In this document: positions 48,309 through 60,452 of the stretch, piece after piece
How the letters are laid out: every line of letters begins with the position of its first letter
How positions within the stretch are numbered: position 1 is the first letter of the stretch
Source: Bdellovibrionaceae bacterium UBA3535
GTDB taxonomy: Bacteria; Bdellovibrionota; Bdellovibrionia; Bdellovibrionales; UBA840
Reading direction: 5' to 3'
Length of the DNA: 64,000 bases
Assembly: GCA_002376845.1 (NCBI GenBank)
Contig: DFOS01000024.1
Location: forward strand, 246,532-310,531
Program-made: the position numbers and the translations under genes
Notes under the pieces: model-generated
Databases searched by the model: none
Told to the model about the DNA's origin: nothing
Seen by the model: the letters and a program-made list of their open reading frames with translations, nothing else

Positions 48309-48863
48309 ATGGCTTTATCCATAGTTCAAGATGAGAATCTTTCTCGTAAAACAAAAAATCTGACAATTCGTCCGCTAGAGAAAAAAGATGGAGATTTGCT
48401 TGAGAGCAAAGATAATTTAGCCAAAATGTTGCAAGAAATAAAAAACCTGCGTGTCAAAGATCAAGAATATCATATCAGTGTCTTCAACACAGAGGAAAGT
48501 CAGGTGCTTGGTAGCCTTTGTCTGAGGGGCGTATGCCGAGATCGCTATCAGTCTGCAATGCTGGAAGTGGCCTTAAATCAAAAAGAAACGGGTGATTATT
48601 TATTAATGGAAATGATAGTTTCGGCTTTAGATATTTCTTTTCATGAGCTTCAGCTGAATCGTGTGGAGGTTCTGGCCGTAGCTGAGCAAATTCAATTGCA
48701 AAAAGTCATGTTAAATATAGGGCTACGCAAAGAAGGTGTACGCAAATATGCCGTCCAAAAAGATACAATATGGAAAGATGCAGATGTTTTTGCTATTAGT
48801 GCAAGCGAGTATAAGAGCAAAAATATAGATAAGTTAATGAATGCAAGAATCAATTTGAGGTAA
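48309..48863 (+). CDS. GNAT family N-acetyltransferase (RimJ/RimL-like)
   Basis: ..LNRVEVLAVAEQIQLQKVMLNIGLRKEGVRKYAV.. is a typical Acetyltransf_3 C-terminal half. Confidence 0.6.
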   Translation: MALSIVQDENLSRKTKNLTIRPLEKKDGDLLESKDNLAKMLQEIKNLRVKDQEYHISVFNTEESQVLGSLCLRGVCRDRYQSAMLEVALNQKETGDYLLMEMIVSALDISFHELQLNRVEVLAVAEQIQLQKVMLNIGLRKEGVRKYAVQKDTIWKDADVFAISASEYKSKNIDKLMNARINLR

Positions 48864-48865
48864 GT

Positions 48866-50026
48866 GTGTCGAAATTAAAGTTAAAATATTTTTTATCGAT
48901 TTTTTTAGTCTCAGTTCTAGCCCTTACTCTTGCGCCAGTTGTAGCCGAGATGCAATTTAACCGTTTAAGTTCTGAAAAAGAAGTTTTTATCAGTGAGGAC
49001 TTGCAGAATTTCCATGAAGAATTGTTTATTGCAGACCTGCATGCAGACTCATTATTGTGGAAGCGAAATTTGCGGCAAAAATCTTACCGCGGCCATGTGG
49101 ATATTCCGAGGTTGCGGGAAGGGAATATGGGCTTTCAGTATTTTACAGTAGTCACGAAGAGCCCAAAGAACTTGAATATAAAAGCCAATAAAGGTGATTC
49201 AGATAATATTACCACTCTTGCTATGGCGCAATTGTGGCCGCCCAAAACCTGGTACTCACTTTTTGAGCGAGCCGTTTATCAAGCCGAGCTACTGCAAAAG
49301 TATGTTGCAAAAGATGGTAAGATGATATTGATCAAAAATAGAAGCGATTTGGAAAATTTTTTAAGAAAGCGTAGAATGGACCCCCGTTGGATGGGCGTGT
49401 CACTAGGTCTAGAGGGTGCCCATGCTATACAGGACAATTTAGAAGAGCATTTTAAAAAGTTAGTAGGCCTTGGTTATACCATGATGGGGCCGGTACATCT
49501 TTTTGATAACGAGATTGCTGGCTCTATGCAAGGTTTTGAAAAGGGTGGACTTAGCGATAAGGGTGAGCGTTTTGTAGCCTTGGCCAATCAATACAATGTA
49601 TCCATTGATCTGGCACATGCTTCTATTCCGACTATCAAAGATGTTTTGAAGCTCTCTACTAAGCCGCTAATTGTATCGCATACAGGATTGCGTGGGCATT
49701 GTCCGAACAATCGCAATCTACCGGATGATTTGGCAAAGGAAATTGTAAGCAAGGGCGGACTCATTGGCATTGGTTTTTGGCCAACCGCTATGTGCGGCAA
49801 TGAGGTGGACAATATTGTGTCTGCCATGCGCTATGCCGTCGATCTATTGGGTGTAGATAATGTGGCTCTGGGATCGGATTTTGATGGAGCGGTAGCGGTT
49901 CCATTTACTGTGAATAAAATTAATTATTTAAGCCAACGCTTAATGGATCATGGTTTTAGTAAAAGTGAAATTCAAAAGATTATGGGAGCCAATGCTCTTG
50001 CATTTATGGCAAAGAATTTGCCTTAG
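48866..50026 (+). CDS. Membrane-anchored M19 family dipeptidase
   Basis: DLHADSLLW, VSHTG and LGSDFDG motifs. GTG start 5 nt after GAGG. Confidence 0.82.
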   Translation: MSKLKLKYFLSIFLVSVLALTLAPVVAEMQFNRLSSEKEVFISEDLQNFHEELFIADLHADSLLWKRNLRQKSYRGHVDIPRLREGNMGFQYFTVVTKSPKNLNIKANKGDSDNITTLAMAQLWPPKTWYSLFERAVYQAELLQKYVAKDGKMILIKNRSDLENFLRKRRMDPRWMGVSLGLEGAHAIQDNLEEHFKKLVGLGYTMMGPVHLFDNEIAGSMQGFEKGGLSDKGERFVALANQYNVSIDLAHASIPTIKDVLKLSTKPLIVSHTGLRGHCPNNRNLPDDLAKEIVSKGGLIGIGFWPTAMCGNEVDNIVSAMRYAVDLLGVDNVALGSDFDGAVAVPFTVNKINYLSQRLMDHGFSKSEIQKIMGANALAFMAKNLP

Positions 50027-51279
50027 TTCCATACCTTGGAATAAAAACTTTCATACCAAGGGAAGGCCAAGAATCCTAAGTGTCCACCTTCTGGTAAGGA
50101 CAAATAAGTCGCCGGTGGATAATTTTCAAACATGGATTTTGTTGGAAAAAATTCAGGATTTAAAAAATCATCGTCTGCAGTGATGATTCTCGGAGAAAAA
50201 TTAGAGGCTTGGGCTGCATCTATCCAGTAATGAAGTGAAGCAAATTCTGATTGCAATACCTTTAAAATTTCTGGTGCATGGTTCTCAAAATAGTAATTAA
50301 ATACAAAATTGTCTTCCCATTCCGCTTGCTCTTTCTCATCATCAAAATGTGGAATCCAATCTAGATCGTGTACCTTTGCATACTCCTTGATGGATTTTAG
50401 AAGAGCCTGTTTAAAGCCGATTTGAATGGTATAGGGTTTTGCTTTTTCTAAGTTTTCCTCATCAATATCCGTACGGAAACCTGCTAACAGATAATCAAAT
50501 ACAAGTTTGATATTATCCCAAATATCATTTTCTTCTACTTTTCCAGAAACACTCAGCATTTGCTCGTCTATGTAAGGAATGCTGTAACGAAAATCCATTG
50601 GCGGGGATATGATCGTAGTTGTGGAGAATAAAGGATCATTTGGGTCTTCAAAGGCCTGAATCACGCCTGCTACAAAGGCCCCGTAACTAGCTCCTACCAG
50701 CTCAATGCTGGTGATATTTTCTTTGCCGATTAAGTCTATGGCTTTATCCATGACTTTTCGTAGGCTTACAGCCTCATGCAAAACATCGCCAGGCTTTGCC
50801 CCGTAAGGATTTGCATTGATGTAATCTTTGGACCATGGATTTGGTAGGGCAAGGAAATGATAACCAAGTTTTTCAAAACGATCATAGGCTCTTCTGGAAT
50901 GGCTGCTGGCTGCATTATTAAAAATACCAGGCAAGTAGATAATTAGAGGTCGTTTTAAGTCTACGTAATATGCTTCCGATTCCATTACATCTCGGTCTCG
51001 TGAATCATATTTTGGATGACGCCATCTTTTTTCTTGTTGTACGTGATACATTACGGGTATACGGTTACGAAAAGCCTCTTTGACCCATATTTTTTTCTTT
51101 TTAGCAGATTTTGCCAAAAACCAACGAGCCTTTAGTGAGCCCCAAAAACTGGTTTCATAGGAATCTTCGAAGCCGAGGTTGTCGACACCTACTTGAAAAG
51201 TTTTTGCTGTATAAATAGCTTCCGTGTTCCAACCGGCATGGGATGATAGAATTAAGAATGCTGAAATCAAAAACGCCAT
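50023..51279 (-). CDS. Secreted alpha/beta hydrolase-like protein
   Basis: Signal peptide and the nucleophile-elbow-like LVGASYGAF (GxSxG). Confidence 0.5.
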   Translation of the reverse strand: MAFLISAFLILSSHAGWNTEAIYTAKTFQVGVDNLGFEDSYETSFWGSLKARWFLAKSAKKKKIWVKEAFRNRIPVMYHVQQEKRWRHPKYDSRDRDVMESEAYYVDLKRPLIIYLPGIFNNAASSHSRRAYDRFEKLGYHFLALPNPWSKDYINANPYGAKPGDVLHEAVSLRKVMDKAIDLIGKENITSIELVGASYGAFVAGVIQAFEDPNDPLFSTTTIISPPMDFRYSIPYIDEQMLSVSGKVEENDIWDNIKLVFDYLLAGFRTDIDEENLEKAKPYTIQIGFKQALLKSIKEYAKVHDLDWIPHFDDEKEQAEWEDNFVFNYYFENHAPEILKVLQSEFASLHYWIDAAQASNFSPRIITADDDFLNPEFFPTKSMFENYPPATYLSLPEGGHLGFLAFPWYESFYSKVWN

Positions 51280-51348
51280 AGCTAAATTTTATATAGCTAT
51301 GGCGCACTTGAGAACCCTTTATTTGTCAGATTAGACAAAACGGTACAA

Positions 51349-53694
51349 TTAGCTACCGCAAGCTAGACAATCGTCTGGGTTGTCTATGGAACAAGCCAAA
51401 TCTTCCTCATTGTCTTTCTTTGCATTGAGCTTGGTTTGGTCCACGGTGAACTTGATGGCCTCTGCAGCTGCTTGTGATCGCAAATAGTACATGCCGGTCT
51501 TAAGTCCACGTTTCCATGCATAAAAGTGCATGGAGCTCATCTTAGCAAAATTGGGCTTTGCAATATGAATGTTAAGACTTTGTGATTGGCAAATAAAGGC
51601 TCCGCGGTCTGCTGCCATGTCCAAAATCGTTTTTTGCGAAATCTCCCAGACAGTCTTGTAAAGCTCCTTAATATCGGAGGGTATCTCCTCGATATTTTGT
51701 ACAGAGCCATTGGCCGCAATGATTTTGTTTTTCAGATCATCGTTCCAAAGACCTCGATCAATCAAATCGCGCAATAAATGTTTGTTCACAATGGCAAACT
51801 CACCCGATAGTACACGGCGGGTATAAATGTTAGAAGTATAGGCTTCAAAACTTTCATTGTTACCAAGGATTTGTGCCGTGGAAGCCGTCGGCATGGGTGC
51901 AAGAAGCAAACTGTTTCGCACACCATATTTTTTTACATCCTCTTTTAACGTCTTCCAGTCCCACCTGTCGCTGGCAGACACGCCCCACATATCAAACTGA
52001 AAGATGCCTTTGCTTACAGGCGAGCCTTTAAAAGTCTCATAAGGGCCGTGCTCTTTTGCCAGTTCCATAGATGCCGTCATAGAAGCAAAATAGATACATT
52101 CAAAGATATCACGGTTGAGCTTTTTTGCTTCCTCACTATCGTAAGGGTAGCGCATCAACATAAAAGCATCCGCCAAACCTTGAACGCCAATACCTATGGG
52201 TCGGTGACGCAAGTTGGAGTTTTTTGCTTCGGGTACAGGGTAATAATTTAGATCAATGATTTTATTTAAGTTGCGGGTGACGGTTTTTGTGATTTCCTCG
52301 AGTCGTTGAAAATCAAATTCTTGGTCATTCACAAATTTACTTAAATTGATGGATGCCAGATTGCAGACCGCTACCTCATCAGGCGCGGTGTATTCCACAA
52401 TTTCTGTACACAAATTGCTAGATTTGATCGTACCAAGATTTTGTTGGTTGGATTTGCGGTTTGCCGCGTCCTTGTAAAGCATATACGGCGTGCCTGTTTC
52501 TACCTGTGATTCAATGATGGCAAACCATAGATCGCGTGCTTTGATCGTTTTTCTAGCCAAGCCCTCTCTCTCGTATTGGGTATAGAGTTTGTTAAATTCT
52601 TCGCCCCATGTTTCCGAAAGGTTTTTTGCTTCATTCGGGCAGAATAGTGACCATTCCGCATTATCCTCTACTCGCTGCATGAAAAGATCTGGAATCCAAA
52701 GAGCATAAAATAAATCTCTTGCACGGTTTTCCTCTTTTCCATGATTCTTTTTTAAATCGAGAAAATCAAAAACATCGGCATGCCACGGCTCAAGATAAAT
52801 GGCAAAGGAGCCTTTTCTTTTGCCGCCGCCCTGATCTACGTAGCGAGCGGTATCGTTGAAAACGCGAAGCATGGGAATGATACCGTTTGAAGTTCCGTTG
52901 GTGCCTTTGATGTAAGAGCCGGTAGCTCGAACATCATGAATGCTAAGGCCGATGCCTCCCGCAGTTTGGGAGATCTGCGCACATTGCTTTAAAGTATCGT
53001 AAATGCCCGTGATGCTATCGCCTTTCATGGTTAATAAAAAGCAAGAGGACATTTGCGGTTTTGGTGTGCCGGCATTAAAAAGAGTCGGTGTTGCATGGGT
53101 AAACCATTTTTGACTCATTAAATTATAAGTTTGAATGGCAGCATCAATGTCTTCGCCATGAATGCCGATCGCAACTCGCATAAGCATTTGTTGTGGTCGC
53201 TCCACAATTTTGCCATGCATTTTCAACAAGTAGGATCGCTCCAATGTACGAAAACCAAAATAATCGTATTCATAATCACGATCATAAATAATCGCTGAGT
53301 CCAATTTTTCTGCATTGTCCATTACAATCTTGTAAGTAGTATCCGAAATCAATGGCGCCTTTTGCTTGGAGCGAGGGTCCACATATTCGTACATTTTTTT
53401 TATATTCTTAGAAAAGTTCTTCTCTGTAAGTTTATGCAAATTCGAAACGGCAATGCGTGCGGCCAGCTTGGCATAATCGGGATGAACCGTTGTCATATAA
53501 GCAGCCGTTTCCGCAGCAAGATTATCAAGCTCCTGCGTGCTTACGCCATCATAAACGCCGGTGATCACCTTTTTAGAGACTTCTACTGGATCAACGTGAT
53601 CCGTATCAAGCCCGTAGCATAGCTTGGCAATGCGCGCGGTAATTTTATCAAACTTTACACTTTCTTTTTTTCCATTTCTCTTGATTACAAACAT
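51349..53694 (-). CDS. nrdA: Ribonucleoside-diphosphate reductase alpha subunit (class Ia, eukaryote-like)
   Basis: ATP-cone N-terminus ([16 protein letters not shown]), catalytic NLCTEI, C-terminal CLACGS tail. Confidence 0.93.
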   Translation of the reverse strand: MFVIKRNGKKESVKFDKITARIAKLCYGLDTDHVDPVEVSKKVITGVYDGVSTQELDNLAAETAAYMTTVHPDYAKLAARIAVSNLHKLTEKNFSKNIKKMYEYVDPRSKQKAPLISDTTYKIVMDNAEKLDSAIIYDRDYEYDYFGFRTLERSYLLKMHGKIVERPQQMLMRVAIGIHGEDIDAAIQTYNLMSQKWFTHATPTLFNAGTPKPQMSSCFLLTMKGDSITGIYDTLKQCAQISQTAGGIGLSIHDVRATGSYIKGTNGTSNGIIPMLRVFNDTARYVDQGGGKRKGSFAIYLEPWHADVFDFLDLKKNHGKEENRARDLFYALWIPDLFMQRVEDNAEWSLFCPNEAKNLSETWGEEFNKLYTQYEREGLARKTIKARDLWFAIIESQVETGTPYMLYKDAANRKSNQQNLGTIKSSNLCTEIVEYTAPDEVAVCNLASINLSKFVNDQEFDFQRLEEITKTVTRNLNKIIDLNYYPVPEAKNSNLRHRPIGIGVQGLADAFMLMRYPYDSEEAKKLNRDIFECIYFASMTASMELAKEHGPYETFKGSPVSKGIFQFDMWGVSASDRWDWKTLKEDVKKYGVRNSLLLAPMPTASTAQILGNNESFEAYTSNIYTRRVLSGEFAIVNKHLLRDLIDRGLWNDDLKNKIIAANGSVQNIEEIPSDIKELYKTVWEISQKTILDMAADRGAFICQSQSLNIHIAKPNFAKMSSMHFYAWKRGLKTGMYYLRSQAAAEAIKFTVDQTKLNAKKDNEEDLACSIDNPDDCLACGS

Positions 53695-53696
53695 AA

Positions 53697-54674
53697 TTAA
53701 AACTCCGCATCCATAGTGAAGGTTCTGGATTCCTTGTCGCCAATAACACCTGCTTTTTGGTATTCGGCCACTCGTTTTTCAAAAAAGTTGGTTTTGCCTT
53801 GTAGAGATATTAACTCCATCCAATCAAAGGGATTGGCGGTATTGTAGATTTTTTCTTGTCCAAGAGCCACCAACAGACGATCTGCTACAAACTCGATGTA
53901 GGAGGACATCATATCAGCATTCATCCCAATAAGGGAAACGGGCAGGGCATCGGTGATGAATTCCTTTTCAATTTTTACTGCATCCGTAATGATTTCACGA
54001 ACGGTTTGTGCGCTAAGTTTGTTCTCCAGCATAGAATAGAGTAGGCAGGCAAAATCGCAGTGTAGCCCTTCATCACGACTGATAAGTTCATTAGAAAAAG
54101 TAAGCCCCGGCATTAGGCCACGTTTTTTTAACCAAAAAATAGAGCAAAAACTGCCGGAAAAGAAGATTCCCTCGACGGCGGCAAAAGCAATCAGCCTTTC
54201 CGCAAAGGAGTCACTATTATTGATCCAGCGAAGTGCCCAGTCGGCTTTTTTCTTTACCGCAGGTACCGTGTCGATGGCATTGAACAATCGATCTTTTTCT
54301 TGATTGTCTTTAATATAAGTATCGATCAACAAGGAATAGGTTTCGGCATGGATGTTCTCAATGGCGATTTGAAAACCGTAAAAGCAGCGTGCTTCTGGAA
54401 CCTGTACTTCATTAATAAATTGTTGCGCTAGATTTTCATTTACTATGCCATCACTAGCCGCAAAAAATGCCAGTACGTGCTTTATGAAATGCCTTTCATT
54501 GTCATTTAGTTTTTGCCAATCCATTAAATCGGCAGACAGATCAATTTCTTCTGCTGTCCAAAATGAGGCTTCCGCTTTCTTGTACATTTCCCAGATTTCA
54601 TCGTGCTTTATGGGAAATAATACGAAGCGATTTGGGTTGTCTTTCAATAGCATTTCTTCACGAGTTGTGCTCAT
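53697..54674 (-). CDS. nrdB: Ribonucleoside-diphosphate reductase beta subunit (eukaryote-like R2)
   Basis: Diiron/tyrosyl motifs (EAVEGIFF-type [20 protein letters not shown]). C-terminal FTMDAEF tail. Lies 2 bp upstream of nrdA. Confidence 0.93.
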   Translation of the reverse strand: MSTTREEMLLKDNPNRFVLFPIKHDEIWEMYKKAEASFWTAEEIDLSADLMDWQKLNDNERHFIKHVLAFFAASDGIVNENLAQQFINEVQVPEARCFYGFQIAIENIHAETYSLLIDTYIKDNQEKDRLFNAIDTVPAVKKKADWALRWINNSDSFAERLIAFAAVEGIFFSGSFCSIFWLKKRGLMPGLTFSNELISRDEGLHCDFACLLYSMLENKLSAQTVREIITDAVKIEKEFITDALPVSLIGMNADMMSSYIEFVADRLLVALGQEKIYNTANPFDWMELISLQGKTNFFEKRVAEYQKAGVIGDKESRTFTMDAEF

Positions 54675-54946
54675 GTTGTATCCCCCTGTCTACTTCCTTG
54701 TCTCAGTTACGTAGTTTTAGTTGTGAAATATACTTTTTGATTCGATGGAATCTAGAAACAGGAAAACGCAAAGAGCGTAAAGCGGCAAATCTTTTTTTGC
54801 GTCGGAGCAGGTCCTAATTTGCCGCTTCACTGCGCTTGATTTTCTAAGTGTTTGAAAGTCTTCATTATCTTAAAAAAATGCGAAAAAAATTATTTTTTTT
54901 AATTGACGGGAAAACTTTGTGGATAACGTGTGGGGTCCAGTGTCAA

Positions 54947-54992
54947 CACTAGATATAGTGATGTTGAAAAATGCAAATCCCCATATCTACCG
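54947..54992 (-). promoter_or_regulatory. Candidate tandem NrdR boxes overlapping a TTGACA -35 element upstream of nrdBA
   Basis: Strong box CACTAGATATAGTG (54947-54960) and weak box CCCCATATCTACCG (54979-54992). The centres are 32 bp apart. On the minus strand the strong box runs into TTGACA. Confidence 0.5.
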
Positions 54993-55187
54993 TTTTTTCA
55001 ACATAACCGAAAATGTAATATTTCATAAATTTCGCTGTATACTAAGGGGTCATTTTTGCAAGGATGCTGGGAGCTGCATCCCTATATTCCTTTCAATTAT
55101 AGTGACAAAAATGGGCCGCAGGAGGTGCTCAAATCGTATCTATTGAAAGCCCCGATTGGCACACTCTTTGTATTACCTACTAGCATG

Positions 55188-55586
55188 ATACGTTGGTTGA
55201 TAATTTTAAATTTCATGCTGCCCAGTCTTAGTTTGGCGGCTACCCAGGCGTTGGATTTTTCCGCCTGGAAACAGCAGAAAATCCTAGCTGCCAAACAGCG
55301 CTATGATCGTAGTTTGTTGGAATACCAAGCTGCCAGGGACGCAAATGAGGATGAAAAAAAGAAAAAAGCGCGTCTGGCCAGAAGAAACTATGAAGTTCTT
55401 CGCTACGCCCGCCAATTGCGCGTGAGCGATTATTTTGAGCTCTATCTGATGGACCGATATCCTAATGATAACAATAAGTTAACCGAAGCTTTAGAGAGTC
55501 TGCCCGAGGCGCAAAAACGCCAGTTCATGGCAGATTACCGTTATCTATTGAAGAAGCGGGACAAAGATTACTTTAAAAAACAATAA
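55188..55586 (+). CDS. Hypothetical secreted coiled-coil protein
   Basis: Start placed at MIRWLIILNFMLPSLSLAA (signal peptide); the longest ORF starts at 55056. Confidence 0.45.
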   Translation: MRWLIILNFMLPSLSLAATQALDFSAWKQQKILAAKQRYDRSLLEYQAARDANEDEKKKKARLARRNYEVLRYARQLRVSDYFELYLMDRYPNDNNKLTEALESLPEAQKRQFMADYRYLLKKRDKDYFKKQ

Positions 55587-55601
55587 ATTTCATGAGGCCG
55601 C

Positions 55602-55630
55602 CTTGACAGAATCCAGTGCTGCCCCAATAT
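55602..55630 (+). promoter_or_regulatory. RpoH (sigma-32)-type heat-shock promoter of groESL
   Basis: CTTGACA, 13 nt, CCCCAATAT, compared with consensus CTTGAAA-N13/14-CCCCATNT. Lies ~55 nt upstream of groES. No CIRCE inverted repeat was seen. Confidence 0.65.
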
Positions 55631-55685
55631 TACGCGTGAATGCAATAAACAATAGTAGAAATGCTATAAATTCAGGAGGTTAGCA

Positions 55686-55988
55686 ATGTCTAAGACAATC
55701 GGTATGCGTCCACTGCACGATCGAATTTTGGTTCGTCGTATGCCAGAGGAAGAAAAAACAGCGGGCGGGATTATCATTCCTGATTCTGCAAAAGAAAAAC
55801 CACTTCGTGGAGAGATCATCGCTACAGGTAACGGCAAGGTTCTAGAGGATGGAAAAGTTCTTCCTTTGGAAGTGAAGGCCGGAGATACAGTTCTATTCAG
55901 CAAATATGCTGGTACAGAAATCAAAATCGAAGCTGATGAATACTTGATGATGCGTGAAGATGATATTCTTGGCGTTTTCACTAACTAA
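55686..55988 (+). CDS. groES: Co-chaperonin GroES
   Basis: [12 protein letters not shown]...[13 protein letters not shown]. Confidence 0.95.
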   Translation: MSKTIGMRPLHDRILVRRMPEEEKTAGGIIIPDSAKEKPLRGEIIATGNGKVLEDGKVLPLEVKAGDTVLFSKYAGTEIKIEADEYLMMREDDILGVFTN

Positions 55989-56015
55989 TTAATCCCAAAT
56001 ATCTACAAACTTTAA

Positions 56016-57668
<1,653 letters not shown>

Positions 57669-57739
57669 GCTTTTTTAAAGGGGTATATCCTAACTTTGTT
57701 GTGGAAAAATGCCCCTTTAACCATTGTTGCAATACAAAA

Positions 57740-57763
57740 GGCCTCTTCGGAGGTCTTTTTTTT
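57740..57763 (+). terminator. Terminator after groEL
   Basis: GGCCTC-TTCG-GAGGTC hairpin followed by T8. Confidence 0.8.
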
Positions 57764-57791
57764 GTTTTTGTGCGGAAAAGGTAGCGGACAC

Positions 57792-59348
57792 CTAAAAGAG
57801 GTATTTTACGCCGCCGGATAGAATGAAGCTATTTTGGTCGCTGCTTGTGGCCGTGCCATTTGTTCTTGAGCCGGCGCCGCTATAATCACTTTGTAGGCTG
57901 TCGATTTGAAAATCACCCACAAGCTGCATGTTTTGATTCCAGTAGTAATCAAGAAAAAAGCGAAACGAAGAGATGGTGGCATCGTCGCCGCCGCCAGAGG
58001 TAACCGGGCTTTCAGAAAAATCGTTGGTTAAAAAGAAAGCCAGCTCGGCGCCGCCATTGAATTCATTTTTTCTTCCAAAGGGTACCGAGCCGCGGAAACC
58101 CAAATGAATGCCGCTGTATTTTGTATCGGTTAGGCTCACGGGGCTTGAGCCATCTACGGCTGTGATGTAATTGGTGAAGCCGCCTATTAGCTGCAGCTTT
58201 GGTCCAAAAAAATCGTCGTATAGTAAAAAGTTGTATACACCTCTTAGTTCGATTTTGGTGGTGGTGATGCTTAGCTCATCTGGACTTGAACCTGCTAAGG
58301 GGTTGTCGACATTTACAATTCCTTGTCGAAGAGTGCCTTCTACGGCCCACTCAGGGCTTAGCCACAACTCTCCGTTCACTTGCAAGCTAGGGTAAAAACT
58401 GGATTCGCCTTCAATACTTCCCGAATCCAGTGCTATACCGTAGTCGTAAGTGCCGAGTCCAAACTTTACGGCTACCGCACCAATGGTGGGAGGAGCCGCT
58501 GGCTTCCAATTACTGGGGTTGTTGCCAAAAACCATTTTGGCATCATCGCGGCCAGAGATTTCGTCGACTTCATAGAGATTGTAAGCGTTTTCTGTTCTAT
58601 AGCGAATAAACTTCAGGGCATCCAGCTTGCTGCCTCTTTGGATAATGTTTTTACTGGCCTCGGATTCAATTACACCAAATGATATTGTGCGATCTACTTT
58701 TCTGATTTTGATAATTCCCAGCACCTGCTTTTTTGTCGAAATTAAAAAATGAAAACGTGGATGTCGTTTGGCTTCAATTAATTGAATGGCATTCACGGTA
58801 TCATCGACTTTAATTCCATCATTAGTGCCCAAATCTAAAGTAACCTTGATGCCATTACGGCTAAGCACCCGTCCATGAAACGGCACGCGGTTTAAGACTT
58901 TATCTAAAAGTCTGTGCAGCTCTTTTAGAATGTCTTTGTTGGCAAACTTACCAAAGCTAGGGTTTTGCTCTTTGGCAAAAAGTAGGCCATCGTAGCAAGA
59001 AAACATACTCATGGTGATGTCCATAGCTTGCGGGTTTTTCACGAGCCTTGCTGCGAGTAGAGTGTCCGTTTGTATGGCGTCACACATCCGGCGTACTTCA
59101 GCCTGATTGTTCTCCAACTCATTTGGCGTAAGTAGCGTGCCGATGGAGGTTTGGTCGGAAAAATCCCAGTGGTGATTGTTCTTTAGCTGATCTCGTAAAA
59201 AGTTTTCTGCAGGGTTGGCATAAATAAAATTTACGTTGTCTGTGACAGGAAGCAGCGAAATGGATTGGAAATCCATCTTTTTATCTATTTCTGAGACATA
59301 TTCAGTCTGCGCAAATAGTGAAAATAAGGCCGCAAATAGAAAAATCAT
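57792..59348 (-). CDS. Putative outer-membrane protein (N-terminal domain plus C-terminal beta-barrel)
   Basis: Signal peptide. The C-terminal half has an alternating amphipathic pattern and ends ..GGVKYLF, an aromatic terminus typical of OMPs. Confidence 0.55.
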   Translation of the reverse strand: MIFLFAALFSLFAQTEYVSEIDKKMDFQSISLLPVTDNVNFIYANPAENFLRDQLKNNHHWDFSDQTSIGTLLTPNELENNQAEVRRMCDAIQTDTLLAARLVKNPQAMDITMSMFSCYDGLLFAKEQNPSFGKFANKDILKELHRLLDKVLNRVPFHGRVLSRNGIKVTLDLGTNDGIKVDDTVNAIQLIEAKRHPRFHFLISTKKQVLGIIKIRKVDRTISFGVIESEASKNIIQRGSKLDALKFIRYRTENAYNLYEVDEISGRDDAKMVFGNNPSNWKPAAPPTIGAVAVKFGLGTYDYGIALDSGSIEGESSFYPSLQVNGELWLSPEWAVEGTLRQGIVNVDNPLAGSSPDELSITTTKIELRGVYNFLLYDDFFGPKLQLIGGFTNYITAVDGSSPVSLTDTKYSGIHLGFRGSVPFGRKNEFNGGAELAFFLTNDFSESPVTSGGGDDATISSFRFFLDYYWNQNMQLVGDFQIDSLQSDYSGAGSRTNGTATSSDQNSFILSGGVKYLF

Positions 59349-59444
59349 AAATTTATTCTAGCCTGCGAAAAGGTGGGGCGTCACGTAGAGAATTCCAAAC
59401 CTTGGTCCAGTAAGTTTTTAGTCTAGTTGTCCGAGTAGTTATTT

Positions 59445-60452
59445 ATGAAATTGGTCGGGGTTTTATTGTTCTTATTAGCAAATCCGTTGCTAGCAAACGA
59501 TGCACGATTGGACTTAGATCTACCGACCAATGAATCCGAAAGCGAAAAGCCAATAGATAAATACGAACAGGCCAAAGAAAAGCTTCGTCAGCGTTGGAAA
59601 GAAATGGAAAGAGAGGAGCAAAGGCGTAAGCTTGCAAGCGAGGAGCCTAGCCCCAAAGATACAGCTACCAAATTAGAAGATGCTTTTATGGGGGCGAAGC
59701 AAGAAGAAATTGAAGATTTAAAGGCCCAATTGGCAGAAGATGATATTCGAAACAATGTCCTAGAAGTGCAGGTTGCCCCAGGCATTATGTATGTGGAGTC
59801 CGATAGCCCCTATTATTATCGTGATTACCGTACCTATAGCCCCTCGCTGGCTCTTTCGGCAAAAATCTGGCTATCACCCTACATGGGATTTCATGCTTCC
59901 TATACGACTTCTACCGGCGCCGATGTAGTGGATGATTTAAATGGTAGCAATCAATCCATAGTCAGCCATGAAATATTTCAATATTCCTTGAGCCGAAGAA
60001 AGTTTCTTAGTGCCGGCAGTTCGTTTTTAGAATTTTCTTTAGATTACAAATCTTATAATTTTAAAGTGCCCTCTGATAGTTCCTATCGAGCCAATATCAA
60101 GTCTAATTTTTATGGTTTTGGCTTTTCGTATACCGATAAGATTCATCACCGTTTATCTAAGCAGTGGCTGATTAAACTTTATATGTTTGGAAGTGAAAGT
60201 GAAGATACCGTAACCACGAACTTTCGTTCGGGCGAATTAAATAAGTCTTATTCGGTGCAAATACAGCGGCAGTGGAAATATAGAATCAATCGCAAACATT
60301 CCTTTTTTATTAATTTGCAATACATTTTTGATACCCATATTTACGAGGGGCAAGCAACGCCAGCAGACCCGAAAACAGGCTCCAATTTAGAAGGAGTTGA
60401 TGTGGATACTTCCTTTGGTTTATTTCAATTAGGCTATGAGTGGGGTTCTTGA
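59445..60452 (+). CDS. Putative outer-membrane beta-barrel protein with coiled-coil N-terminal region
   Basis: Signal peptide (LLFLLANPLLA). The C-terminal ~230 aa are rich in Y/S/F beta-strand patterns. Confidence 0.5.
   Translation: MKLVGVLLFLLANPLLANDARLDLDLPTNESESEKPIDKYEQAKEKLRQRWKEMEREEQRRKLASEEPSPKDTATKLEDAFMGAKQEEIEDLKAQLAEDDIRNNVLEVQVAPGIMYVESDSPYYYRDYRTYSPSLALSAKIWLSPYMGFHASYTTSTGADVVDDLNGSNQSIVSHEIFQYSLSRRKFLSAGSSFLEFSLDYKSYNFKVPSDSSYRANIKSNFYGFGFSYTDKIHHRLSKQWLIKLYMFGSESEDTVTTNFRSGELNKSYSVQIQRQWKYRINRKHSFFINLQYIFDTHIYEGQATPADPKTGSNLEGVDVDTSFGLFQLGYEWGS

Noticed and set aside
54675-54946. Cobalamin riboswitch in the nrdB leader (loop contains GGACCTGC, vaguely B12-box-like)
   Set aside because: The other conserved cobalamin-riboswitch elements, such as the GCCACTG box and the multi-stem core, are not present.
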